From Calditrichia bacterium (lineage in GTDB: Bacteria; Calditrichota; Calditrichia; RBG-13-44-9; J075): a stretch of DNA of 64,000 nt. Below the pieces are notes generated by a model. That model saw only the letters and a program-made list of their open reading frames with translations. It did not search any database and had not been told where the DNA came from. Positions 38,464 through 47,655 of this stretch are shown in pieces. The DNA lies in NCBI GenBank assembly GCA_050633245.1, contig JBOEGD010000007.1:123593-187592 (forward strand), given 5' to 3'. A program made the translations under genes and the position numbers. Position 1 is the stretch's first letter; each line of letters opens with the position of its first letter.

Positions 38464-41400
38464 TTATCTAGCAATTCTTAATAAGTCAAAGTCTACATCA
38501 AAATCTCTTTCCGAAATCGTGAAGTCAGGTTGGATTTTTTCTGGTAAAAGATTTTTGAGTTTTTTTAAAATAGTATTCAACTCATCAATTGAGTTTGCTC
38601 TGAGAATCAATCTTAAATAGTATGGATAACTATTTAGCAATTCTGAATATACCAATACTAGCCACTTTGTGAAAAAATGCTCTAAGTTATAAAGTTGTTG
38701 ATTCAGCTCAAGTGGCATTAATCCCTCAAAATTATCATAGTTACAAACATAATGAGTCGGGAAAGAATTTATTTCAACTTGTTTCGGGCTAGAGAGGTAG
38801 GCCTTTTTTACGAGAACAAATGATGACTCTCCCTTTTTAGGGTTCTCCCTTTTCTTTTTTTGCAGTTTAATGTTGTAATTGCAATGATTGAATATTGATT
38901 TAGTTCTAACCAAAGAATCCCCACTATAAGGATTCCTGCCTTGAAGACTTATTTCATATTTTTTTTTACCCAGATTATTGATTGTCGTCCCGTTATTATC
39001 AATTTCAATAAGTGAAGGCCACCCATCTAAGCTGTTTAGTAAAAAATCATTATTAATCCCTTTTTCTGTATATTTTGAAGAGAATGAAAAATAATTAATT
39101 TCAGATTTGAATCTATATTTGCTTTTTTCTAGGCAAGTCCTTACCAAATAATTTATTTGAGAGAAACAACTCCATGGAAAGGATAGTATTTGGTCTCTCG
39201 AGACATTCAACTCAGGTCTTAAATCGTCTTTTAAGTTGACAATTCCTAGGCAAAAAGTATAGTCAGAATTTATTTCTTCCAGTGAAAGTTCAAGCTTGGT
39301 TCCCTTTTCAAAATAGTCTGGATTATTTTGAACAATTAAACCATTATGCGATAGTAGAATTTCACCTCTTATAGTGTTATAGTTTAGATTACCGTTAAAC
39401 TCTTCTAGATCACTGATCAACTCATTTACCGGAATCATAATTTCGCGTTCTACTCTGCCAGATTTTTGCATCAAACGCAGTGACAACGATGGGGGCTCAT
39501 TCTCTCGAAAGGTGCTAAAGTATAAACTCCATTCTACCCTTCGATCAATGAATTCATCTTCTTCGGATAGATATACATACCGTTCTCGATCATGATCCTG
39601 ATGTCCATCCTTATATGTAAGATTTTTTCTTAGAAGAAATGCATACAACATTCCCGATGCATTTGGTGTTTTATCGTTAATAAGTCTGATTGGTACCCGG
39701 TGGATTTCTGGATTAATTTCTTTGATGATTGACTTGTCTAGGAAGTGTGACAACCGTGATTTGTCTTCTCCAGATATTTTATGTTTTATGATTTTATCAG
39801 GAAGTTCATCTATTTGCTGATCTCCATACAGACTTGATTTATACTCTACAGGTACAAGGGATGCATATGCAAGATTTTCTAATATATTATGTATTTCAAA
39901 ATCTTCTCTATCAAAATTGGGATTGATCCTGATCGATATTGATGTTCCAAATTCTTTCCGATAAGTTTTCTCATTCTTTAAATCTTGAGGCATTTCCTTA
40001 GGTATGTCATCATCTGTATAAAGAAAATAATAGTTGTCAATTCCTTGTAGTGAAAGCCTAATCGGATGAATATTTTTATTGTCACAAAAAATTGATTTAG
40101 TAGAGACTTCAATAATATCTCCAACCATAAAGCACGATAGTATGCCAATACCAAATCTACTTATAGGTGTGAATTTCTTTTCACCTTCAGGGTAGTCAAT
40201 TTTGCTAATCTCAAAATCGTCAGAGTTATAAAATGAATTGCCAATTTTTAAAAAATATTTCTCGATTTGATCAAGGGTCATTCCCATTCCATAATCATCC
40301 ACCCGAACCCATTTGAAACCAGCTTCATCATGCCAAGTACTAAACTCAATTGGTTTTAGCTCGAAACTTGACTTTCTAACATGCATTTCATATTTTTCTC
40401 TGTGTCGGGTAGTGTCTATCGCATTTTGTAGCAGCTCTCTTACGAATACAAATGAGTTTTCATATAAGCTTTCCCCCATCAACAGGTTAAGTAATTGCTT
40501 CTGATCCAATTTAAACTTGAACTCGCCTGACGTATACCCTTGACTATAAATGTGCGTTTTATCTATTTTATCTGGCAAAGCGAAAGTCCGCCATTTCTGC
40601 GAACAGCTCCTCAATACAACTCTACATTGTTGTAATTCATTCTCAATTATTTCCAGAAAGTCTCTAATATCATTTTCGACTGCCGGGTGGTTCGGAGTTG
40701 CTTTAAAATAAATAGGGTATGAAATATCCTTTGACCATAATTGAAAATCAAAACCTTTTGATGCAAGATGTTTTTGCCATTCATTATGGCTTATTGAAGC
40801 CGATGACGATTTGGGATTGTCAAGCCCCAAATATGAATAGACACTTTCTGGAGATCTCGAATAGTCAAAATCCAAAATATCTGCCAGCCTCAACAAAACA
40901 GCACAAAACTTTAAGTCTGCATTGTTCCAATAATCCGAGGGGAGTTTGTCGCTTTCAATAAATTTTGTGCTCTCATTATGACTCAAACAAACGAGTGCTA
41001 ATTCTTTTCTGAAATTAACACCTTCCCAATTCAATAAATCATCTATTTTGTCTAAATAGACCCAGACTCTTTCGGCATGAGACCATCGACAATACCATTC
41101 AGACAGTTCATTATCAATAGTTGATTCTTGTTCTAACTTCAACCTAGCCGATGGATTAGTTGATAAAAAGAGTGAGAAAAGTTCTTCGCTTTGCAAATCA
41201 TGTCTTGAATCTTCGTCGAATACCATTCCGATATCATGGTAGAATGCACTCAATATTAGTATTGCCGCCTCCAGATCGGTCAATTCATTGATTCTTGGCC
41301 CTAGAAGTTCTGAGTAAAGAGTAAGTATGTTAAGTTGGTGTTGACCATTATGTAGAGTATATGTTGGGAAAGTTTCAATGATTCTGTCCAAAATTGGAAT

Positions 41401-41505
41401 ACTGTATTCAATCAGTCTCTTCACACAAGTCACTTTTGAATCACTTGCTACTGATTTAAAATGCTTCCAAATATCAGTTTGATAAAATATTTCTTCAACC
41501 CGCAT
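38464..41505 (-). CDS. HD-CE domain + Hsp90-like (GHKL) ATPase, AT-rich, putative conflict/defence protein
   Basis: YTLHN..H, FYHDIGM, SH, RLADILDFDYSR; LLMGESLY…RELLQNAID, DYGMGM, SRFGIGILSCFM. Confidence 0.8.
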   Translation of the reverse strand: MRVEEIFYQTDIWKHFKSVASDSKVTCVKRLIEYSIPILDRIIETFPTYTLHNGQHQLNILTLYSELLGPRINELTDLEAAILILSAFYHDIGMVFDEDSRHDLQSEELFSLFLSTNPSARLKLEQESTIDNELSEWYCRWSHAERVWVYLDKIDDLLNWEGVNFRKELALVCLSHNESTKFIESDKLPSDYWNNADLKFCAVLLRLADILDFDYSRSPESVYSYLGLDNPKSSSASISHNEWQKHLASKGFDFQLWSKDISYPIYFKATPNHPAVENDIRDFLEIIENELQQCRVVLRSCSQKWRTFALPDKIDKTHIYSQGYTSGEFKFKLDQKQLLNLLMGESLYENSFVFVRELLQNAIDTTRHREKYEMHVRKSSFELKPIEFSTWHDEAGFKWVRVDDYGMGMTLDQIEKYFLKIGNSFYNSDDFEISKIDYPEGEKKFTPISRFGIGILSCFMVGDIIEVSTKSIFCDNKNIHPIRLSLQGIDNYYFLYTDDDIPKEMPQDLKNEKTYRKEFGTSISIRINPNFDREDFEIHNILENLAYASLVPVEYKSSLYGDQQIDELPDKIIKHKISGEDKSRLSHFLDKSIIKEINPEIHRVPIRLINDKTPNASGMLYAFLLRKNLTYKDGHQDHDRERYVYLSEEDEFIDRRVEWSLYFSTFRENEPPSLSLRLMQKSGRVEREIMIPVNELISDLEEFNGNLNYNTIRGEILLSHNGLIVQNNPDYFEKGTKLELSLEEINSDYTFCLGIVNLKDDLRPELNVSRDQILSFPWSCFSQINYLVRTCLEKSKYRFKSEINYFSFSSKYTEKGINNDFLLNSLDGWPSLIEIDNNGTTINNLGKKKYEISLQGRNPYSGDSLVRTKSIFNHCNYNIKLQKKKRENPKKGESSFVLVKKAYLSSPKQVEINSFPTHYVCNYDNFEGLMPLELNQQLYNLEHFFTKWLVLVYSELLNSYPYYLRLILRANSIDELNTILKKLKNLLPEKIQPDFTISERDFDVDFDLLRIAR

Positions 41506-41884
41506 AAGTTTTGCCTCTAATATTTAGCGCTAACATATAGTTACGTGCTTTTAATACTAAATCTTGCAATTACAGACGATAAATGCAATTGAGTTTATTG
41601 AGACGATTTGTTAAATCAATGATGTATTTTTAAACGAGGGGAGTATTGAGTTGAAAATATAGAGGGACTATTGGGGGAAAACAAGAGATTGTTAGCCGTT
41701 TTACAAGTATTTGGTTGGTCGCACTGACGTGTTAGTACTGGTTGGATTTAGGTCGTCCCTAATGGAACTTGTCAGACGCTTCGCTGGTAGGTTGTAGTCC
41801 CCCACAAGCTCCGAAGGAGCGAACTAAAAACTACAAGCCTTCCAAAAAGCATAGCGACAGCTGGCTGTTGCCTACTTCGCTTTA

Positions 41885-42050
41885 GCTTCGACTCCGCTCA
41901 ACCTGACGTGTTTCCGTAGCCTGAAACCTGAATTTAAAGCTCGGATCTCGACAAGCTCGATGTAACAAAATCGCTCACTGTTCACCGTTGCCTACTGCCC
42001 GATTGCCTCTGCGGAGTGCATCCTGAGCATGCCGATGGACTCGGCATGAC
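41885..42050. repeat. Cluster of REP-like arms (right of island)
   Basis: gcttcgactccgctcaacctgac; atctcgacaagctcgatgtaac; catcctgagcatgccgatggactcggcatgac. Confidence 0.65.
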
Positions 42051-42089
42051 AAAGCCGATCACCGCGCACTGTTGCCTGCCGTCCCCTGC

Positions 42090-44933
42090 CTATTTATCCA
42101 AATAAAACAGACTCTCCTCCGGACGTAGCGGACGGTTCAGCCAGAGTGGTCGACGTAATCCATTTGGACCAGGTGCCGGGCGGGTCTTAGCCAGCCAGTT
42201 TTTATAGACTTCAAAGGATTTTTGAGTATCGACGGCAATATCCCCATATTTATCGTCTGGCTCTGCCTTCGTGATACGCACCTTTTGATGCCAGCAGTGC
42301 ATACCGCTAATCGGGTCGGGATGAACCGGAAAGGTTATGTTCTGGTGAACACCACCATCACTCCAAAAAACGCGGGCAGAATCAGCATCATTGCTATCGA
42401 ATGGCCCAATTCCCTTCATCGTACTCATCTTCCAAAGGCTGCCCTCTTTTTCGAGAGCAACGGTATTTGTTGCCCAACGATTACCGGTTTTATCCTGCGG
42501 GCGACGCCAGCGACCAATGTGATGCGAACAGGCAACGATTCCCGGCTTCATACCTTCCGTTACCCATACCTTGTCGACAAAATAACCGATTTCAGTCGTA
42601 ATACGCAGCAGATCGTTTGTTTTAATACCAAGTCGCTCCGCATCGGAGACGTGCATCCAAATTGGATTGCGATTGGAAATTTCGGTTAACCATTTTGCGT
42701 TACCGGAGCGCGAGTGGATAAGTGTCGGCAAACGGAATGTCGGCACCAGTGGAAAGTCGCCCTTTTCGCGCTCCAGATTTTCTTCATGCACATGACTTTT
42801 GATGTAGGTAGGAATTGCATATTCCGGCCAACCCCAGTCGACTAACGTTTGCGAGAAAAATTCCTGTTTACGCGATGGCGTGGGAAATCCTGCATAAGCT
42901 TTGCCTTCAACCATTACGCCCGCAACATTGCCATCCTTTGCAATTAGTCCACTTTTCTCTTCAACTTTGGCATCTTTCAAATCGCTTTCCGGAATGCTTT
43001 TGAGATACTTTGCATACGATGAGGATTCTACTTCAAATGCGCCATATTTACGCATATAGGCCAGTGAATCAAGTCCTTCAGCCGCAGCCTTCTCAGATAG
43101 CCCCGGGGTATTGTCAAAGATAAAGCGATAGTATTCATCAATTGTTATTTTTTCGTTTTCACGATAGGGAGACAGGAAATGCTTGCGAATGCCCAGACTT
43201 CCATCGGGGTCCATTCGCCAGGATAGTTCAATCCAAAACTCATCTTCTTCCCAAACTTCGCCCGGGTTTGCCTGCCAGGTAAACTCGACATTTTCTCCCA
43301 GCCTGCGGCGTGCTTCGCGTAACACCGGCTGGCGAAAAGCCATCCACATACCGGAGTGTGTCTCGTAACTTAATAGATCGTGGCGTTCACCGGCGTGCCC
43401 CATGGGCAGAACATAATCGGCATAATAGGCCGTTTCATTCCAGGTCGGCGTCAGAGCGATATGCATGCCGAACATGTTTTCATCACTCAATGCCTCAATC
43501 CAAGAGAACCCATCCGGGTATGTCCAGACCGGATTAAAAACGCGACTAAAATAGACATCCATTTTGCCACGGTTTTCCTTCAAAAAATGCGGTAATAAGA
43601 AGCTAAGCTCATAGTGCGCAAGCGGATATTCGTTGGGAAAGTGAAGTTCATTCCAAAATTTCTGTGCCGGTGGTTTGTTGAACATCGTCGGCTTGAACTT
43701 ATTCCATGCGCTGGGTGAGGTTCCACCAACGGTTCCAACGCTGCCGGTAAGCACATTTAGAAAATGCAGGCAACGAGACACTGCCCACCCTCCCAGGTTA
43801 CCGCTGGAGGCGCTGCGCCAGTTGTGCGTGGCAAAGCGTTCACCCGCTTCACCAATTTGGCGAGCGACGTCGACTATCATCTCTGCAGAAATTCCTGCCT
43901 CTGCTGCTGCAAATTCCGGCGTGTATTCAGCATATTCCTCGCGCATCGCCTTTATGAAGTTCTCAAACGTTGCAGGCTTATCAGATTGACGTTGCTCCAT
44001 ATACGTTTCCCAATTCACCCAATTTCGCAAAAAGGCTTCGTTATAAAGACCTTCATCCAGTATAATTTTTGCCATGGCCAGCAGCACCGCGGCCTCACTA
44101 CCGGGATTAGTCGGCATCCAGTGCGTAGCCATCGATGCCGTATTGGAAAGGCGTGGATCCATTACCGCCAGCTTCGCCCCCTTCATCATGCCCTCAATAA
44201 TGCGCTGTGCATGTGGGTTGAAGTAATGTCCCGATTCGAGGTGTGCACTAATCAACAAAATAAACCGGGCGTTCGCATGGTCCGGCGACGGTCTGTCGTA
44301 GCCATGCCAAATGGCATAGCCAAAACGCGCACCGGCAGAACAAATATTGGTATGACTATTGTGTCCGTCTACACCCCACGCCTGAAGCACGCGATTGGCA
44401 TAGCCTTCATGTCCGGGACGACCAACGTGATAAGCAATTTCATTGTGACGCTCTTCCTTAATCGCCCTGCTTAAACGATCGGCAATATCATCAAGAACTT
44501 CATCCCAACTCACGCGTTCCCACTTCCCTTCCCCGCGTTTTCCCACGCGCTTCAGCGGATAGAGAATACGATCGGGATCGGTGATCTGGTTTATAGTTGC
44601 TGGTCCCTTGGCACAGTTGCGACCACGGCTACCGGGATGGTAAGGGTTTCCTTCAAACTTTCTAACTTCCATCGTTTCTTTATCTACATAACTCAGAAGA
44701 CCACAACCAGCCTCGCAATTAAAACAGCTGGTAGGAACGATCATGTAGTCTCTTTTTTTACGAGCATCACCACTTTTCGCCTCATATTCCTGCCAGTTAT
44801 CCCACATTTCCGGTGGTGGATATGCCGTTAACTCTCCCGGTTCGTTCAGATGGGGCAGCTTTTCACCATTGGTAAGTTTTGGAATAATTTTAAGAGACTC
44901 AGCGATTTTTTCGATAAAGGAGGCCATAGACAA
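42090..44933 (-). CDS. Molybdopterin (bis-MGD) oxidoreductase catalytic subunit, Psr/Phs-like
   Basis: CFNCEAGC…NCAKG FS0 cluster; HTNICS; C-terminal molydopterin-binding domain; no twin-arginine motif. Confidence 0.88.
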   Translation of the reverse strand: MSMASFIEKIAESLKIIPKLTNGEKLPHLNEPGELTAYPPPEMWDNWQEYEAKSGDARKKRDYMIVPTSCFNCEAGCGLLSYVDKETMEVRKFEGNPYHPGSRGRNCAKGPATINQITDPDRILYPLKRVGKRGEGKWERVSWDEVLDDIADRLSRAIKEERHNEIAYHVGRPGHEGYANRVLQAWGVDGHNSHTNICSAGARFGYAIWHGYDRPSPDHANARFILLISAHLESGHYFNPHAQRIIEGMMKGAKLAVMDPRLSNTASMATHWMPTNPGSEAAVLLAMAKIILDEGLYNEAFLRNWVNWETYMEQRQSDKPATFENFIKAMREEYAEYTPEFAAAEAGISAEMIVDVARQIGEAGERFATHNWRSASSGNLGGWAVSRCLHFLNVLTGSVGTVGGTSPSAWNKFKPTMFNKPPAQKFWNELHFPNEYPLAHYELSFLLPHFLKENRGKMDVYFSRVFNPVWTYPDGFSWIEALSDENMFGMHIALTPTWNETAYYADYVLPMGHAGERHDLLSYETHSGMWMAFRQPVLREARRRLGENVEFTWQANPGEVWEEDEFWIELSWRMDPDGSLGIRKHFLSPYRENEKITIDEYYRFIFDNTPGLSEKAAAEGLDSLAYMRKYGAFEVESSSYAKYLKSIPESDLKDAKVEEKSGLIAKDGNVAGVMVEGKAYAGFPTPSRKQEFFSQTLVDWGWPEYAIPTYIKSHVHEENLEREKGDFPLVPTFRLPTLIHSRSGNAKWLTEISNRNPIWMHVSDAERLGIKTNDLLRITTEIGYFVDKVWVTEGMKPGIVACSHHIGRWRRPQDKTGNRWATNTVALEKEGSLWKMSTMKGIGPFDSNDADSARVFWSDGGVHQNITFPVHPDPISGMHCWHQKVRITKAEPDDKYGDIAVDTQKSFEVYKNWLAKTRPAPGPNGLRRPLWLNRPLRPEESLFYLDK

Positions 44934-44987
44934 CTTTCGTATGTAATGTTTAAAACAGTCTTGTCAAATAAATCGGGTGTTAGAAGA

Positions 44988-45037
44988 TTGGAGCAGTTTT
45001 GAAAATCTTGGAGCAGTTTTGAAAACTGCTCCAAGAT
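44988..45037. repeat. REP-like palindrome with a duplicated half
   Basis: ttggagcagttttgaaaa followed by atcttggagcagtttt-g-aaaactgctccaagat. Confidence 0.75.
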
Positions 45038-45039
45038 GG

Positions 45040-46629
45040 TTAGCTCAACGGCAACAATTGCGGGGCTTTAACCCAAATATTTTCAGTTATATACAACCCA
45101 ACCAGAACACCAATAGCCGGTATATATAGCGGCAAATCTGTGAACGCTAACAGTCCAAGTGGTAATAGGTTGCCCAATAGAATTGCTAATCCCCAAAACT
45201 TATCGCGAAATGGGCCGGCAACGATATAGGATGCAGTTTTCTGAGCATCCTGTGTGGGATGCGTTGTAAAGAGTTCCGCCATCAGCACAAGCAAGTTTGC
45301 AAATATCGCAATGAACATGACGTCTGCCAGGAATCCGCGCCAAAGGCCGCTGCCAAGAGCGATAGCAAGTGGATAAGACAAAATGAGCGAAAAGGCCGCG
45401 CCAGCCAAAAATGGATGAATCAACATATGTAGCGGTAAGGCAGGGCTCTGCCAGAAGTCTCTGCCCTTGGCTTGCGCAAAAAGAAATGCGGTATAAACGG
45501 CCGTTAGCAGCGCAAAACCAGCTGTAATCCAGTTTATGGTCATATGAAGTTTTGGAGGTCCGGAACGGGTTGCCAGCGACAGCAGTAGAAAGAGCCCATA
45601 AAACGTTATGATATAGCCACCGCGAGTCAGCCATGAGCTCCACTGCGGGCGAAGCAATACATAGGCGAAGCGTGAGGGCTTATCCAAGTCTTTAACCAGC
45701 AATCCACCGGTAATCATCAAGAAGACCAGTGCCAAAACTCCACCTGAAAAAAAGATCGGTCCTTCCAAAAGACCGGGATAAAAGAAGCCTACCAGAAACG
45801 GAAGCAGGAACATGCCCGCAGAAATGGCTTTAGTAAGCACATAAGCGCTTACTTCCCATCCCCACAGCACGCCTTTATTCGGCGCATCATAAACTCGCCG
45901 TGGTTTAGTGGCTGTCTTTTTCTCCGACACCTCTGCCGGTTTTCCACCCAGCTGCCTAAGCATGTCAATAGGATTGCGGCTGGCTATCAGCGATTCGGCG
46001 TATTTTGCAAAATGTCCTACCCCACCCTTCTGAGAATTCCACATATAGTGTTCGGCTGGTGTTGTGGAGGTTGGATTAAGTGTGGCATCATCTCCGTCAA
46101 TATAGAAAAGCTTTGGCTGGGTGCCCTTTTCAACCTTGCGGGCCGTCACCTGTTCGGTGGCAAGTAGCTGTGCAATTTCAGACGAAGGATTATCCATATC
46201 GCCTGAGATAATCGCGTGTTCCGGACAAACGTTTACGCAGGCCGGTTCAAGGCCAATATCTACCCGATGCGAGCAATAGTTGCACTTTGCAGCAGTATGC
46301 GTTTCCGGGTCAATATAAAGCGCATCGTATGGACACGCCTGCATACAGCCCTTGCACCCAATACACCTGCGATTATCGAAGTCTACAATACCGTCTTCGC
46401 GTGTGTAAAGAGCCTGCGTCGGACAAATATCTGTGCACGGCGCATCAGCACAATGATTACATCGCATAACCGAGAATAGCCGCCTGGTTGCGGGATATTC
46501 TCCCTTTTCAACATACTTCACCCAGGTACGATTTACCCCGATTGGAACATCGTGCTCCGATTTACAGGCAACCGTACACGCATGACAACCAATACACTTT
46601 CGGTTATCAATGATAAATCCAAAATTCAT
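45040..46629 (-). CDS. NrfC/PsrB-type 4x[4Fe-4S] domain fused to an NrfD/PsrC membrane anchor
   Basis: CIGCHACTVAC, CNHC, CIGCKGCMQACP, CNYC…ACVNVC; WGWEV, DLDKPSRF, SWLTRG. Confidence 0.88.
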   Translation of the reverse strand: MNFGFIIDNRKCIGCHACTVACKSEHDVPIGVNRTWVKYVEKGEYPATRRLFSVMRCNHCADAPCTDICPTQALYTREDGIVDFDNRRCIGCKGCMQACPYDALYIDPETHTAAKCNYCSHRVDIGLEPACVNVCPEHAIISGDMDNPSSEIAQLLATEQVTARKVEKGTQPKLFYIDGDDATLNPTSTTPAEHYMWNSQKGGVGHFAKYAESLIASRNPIDMLRQLGGKPAEVSEKKTATKPRRVYDAPNKGVLWGWEVSAYVLTKAISAGMFLLPFLVGFFYPGLLEGPIFFSGGVLALVFLMITGGLLVKDLDKPSRFAYVLLRPQWSSWLTRGGYIITFYGLFLLLSLATRSGPPKLHMTINWITAGFALLTAVYTAFLFAQAKGRDFWQSPALPLHMLIHPFLAGAAFSLILSYPLAIALGSGLWRGFLADVMFIAIFANLLVLMAELFTTHPTQDAQKTASYIVAGPFRDKFWGLAILLGNLLPLGLLAFTDLPLYIPAIGVLVGLYITENIWVKAPQLLPLS

Positions 46630-46818
46630 AGACTATCCTTTATGCCAGTGGCGGACATGTGTCGTAACAAGAAGAGAAACAGATTTTAAGAGTTGATTTG
46701 CCGTTGTGGCTTCGCAAGATAGCAATATCGTTTGAATTTATCAAGGAAGCAGGAGTGGTAAGATTTGAATTAAACGGCAGGAACCTGCTGAAGAGGTCAA
46801 AAATGGGCAATGCCCATT

Positions 46819-47649
46819 TTATTTGTCGGACGATTCCTTCCGAGCTGCCGAGTTTGGGCTATTTTGGCTTTCTGCAACGTAGGCCTTCTGACTATCGACC
46901 TGTTCCTTCATTTGACGAACCTCACGCGGGGTTAATTCACGCCATTCGCCAAAATTCAATTCGTTAACTTCGAGCCCGCCAAAGACCTGGCGATGTAGTT
47001 TTTCGACATTATAACCCAGAATTTCAAACATGCGCCTGATTTGTCGATTCCGGCCTTCGTGAATTTCGACTTCCAGAAAGCTGCGATTGCCCATGCGTCG
47101 TAGTTCTTTTGCCTTACATGGATGCGTTTTGCGTCCATCGAGCATCAGGCCTTTTTGAAAGTGGTGCAGATCGATGGGGCGGATCACTTTGTTTAGCAAA
47201 ACGCGATACACTTTTTTAATCTCAAAGCGCGGGTGAATCAGATAATAGGCCAGTTCACCATCATTCGTTATAAGCAGTGCGCCGGTTGTGTTATAGTCCA
47301 GTCGGCCAACTGGAAAAAGGCGATGTGATGAGGAGATAAGGTCCATTACCGTGCGCCGTTTACGTTCATCCCGTGTTGTGGTAATGGTGCGCAGCGGTTT
47401 GTTCATCAAGACGTAAATCAGCTCATTTAGCGGTTTAATCAACTTGTCATCGAGTTTTACCTCATCCGTGTCAGGATTAACGCGCATTCCAAGGCGAGTT
47501 ACCAGCTCATCATTCACCTTAACGCGTCCTTCGAGAATAAAGTTATCGCATCCGCGACGACTGCCTGCTCCCGCCATTGCTAAAAAACGGTTTAAGCGTA
47601 CCAGTTGTTTATTTGCGTTATCGCTGTTCTGTTTCTTATCCTGATCCAT
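46819..47649 (-). CDS. rluB: 23S rRNA pseudouridine synthase (RluB/RsuA family)
   Basis: S4 domain, GRLDYNTTG, EGRNRQIRRM; synteny with scpB. Confidence 0.85.
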   Translation of the reverse strand: MDQDKKQNSDNANKQLVRLNRFLAMAGAGSRRGCDNFILEGRVKVNDELVTRLGMRVNPDTDEVKLDDKLIKPLNELIYVLMNKPLRTITTTRDERKRRTVMDLISSSHRLFPVGRLDYNTTGALLITNDGELAYYLIHPRFEIKKVYRVLLNKVIRPIDLHHFQKGLMLDGRKTHPCKAKELRRMGNRSFLEVEIHEGRNRQIRRMFEILGYNVEKLHRQVFGGLEVNELNFGEWRELTPREVRQMKEQVDSQKAYVAESQNSPNSAARKESSDK

Positions 47650-47655
47650 GGTTTC

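Noticed and set aside
42090-44933. Selenocysteine formate dehydrogenase
   Set aside because: No in-frame UGA, and the ligand region is HTNICS rather than the FDH C/U-H motif.
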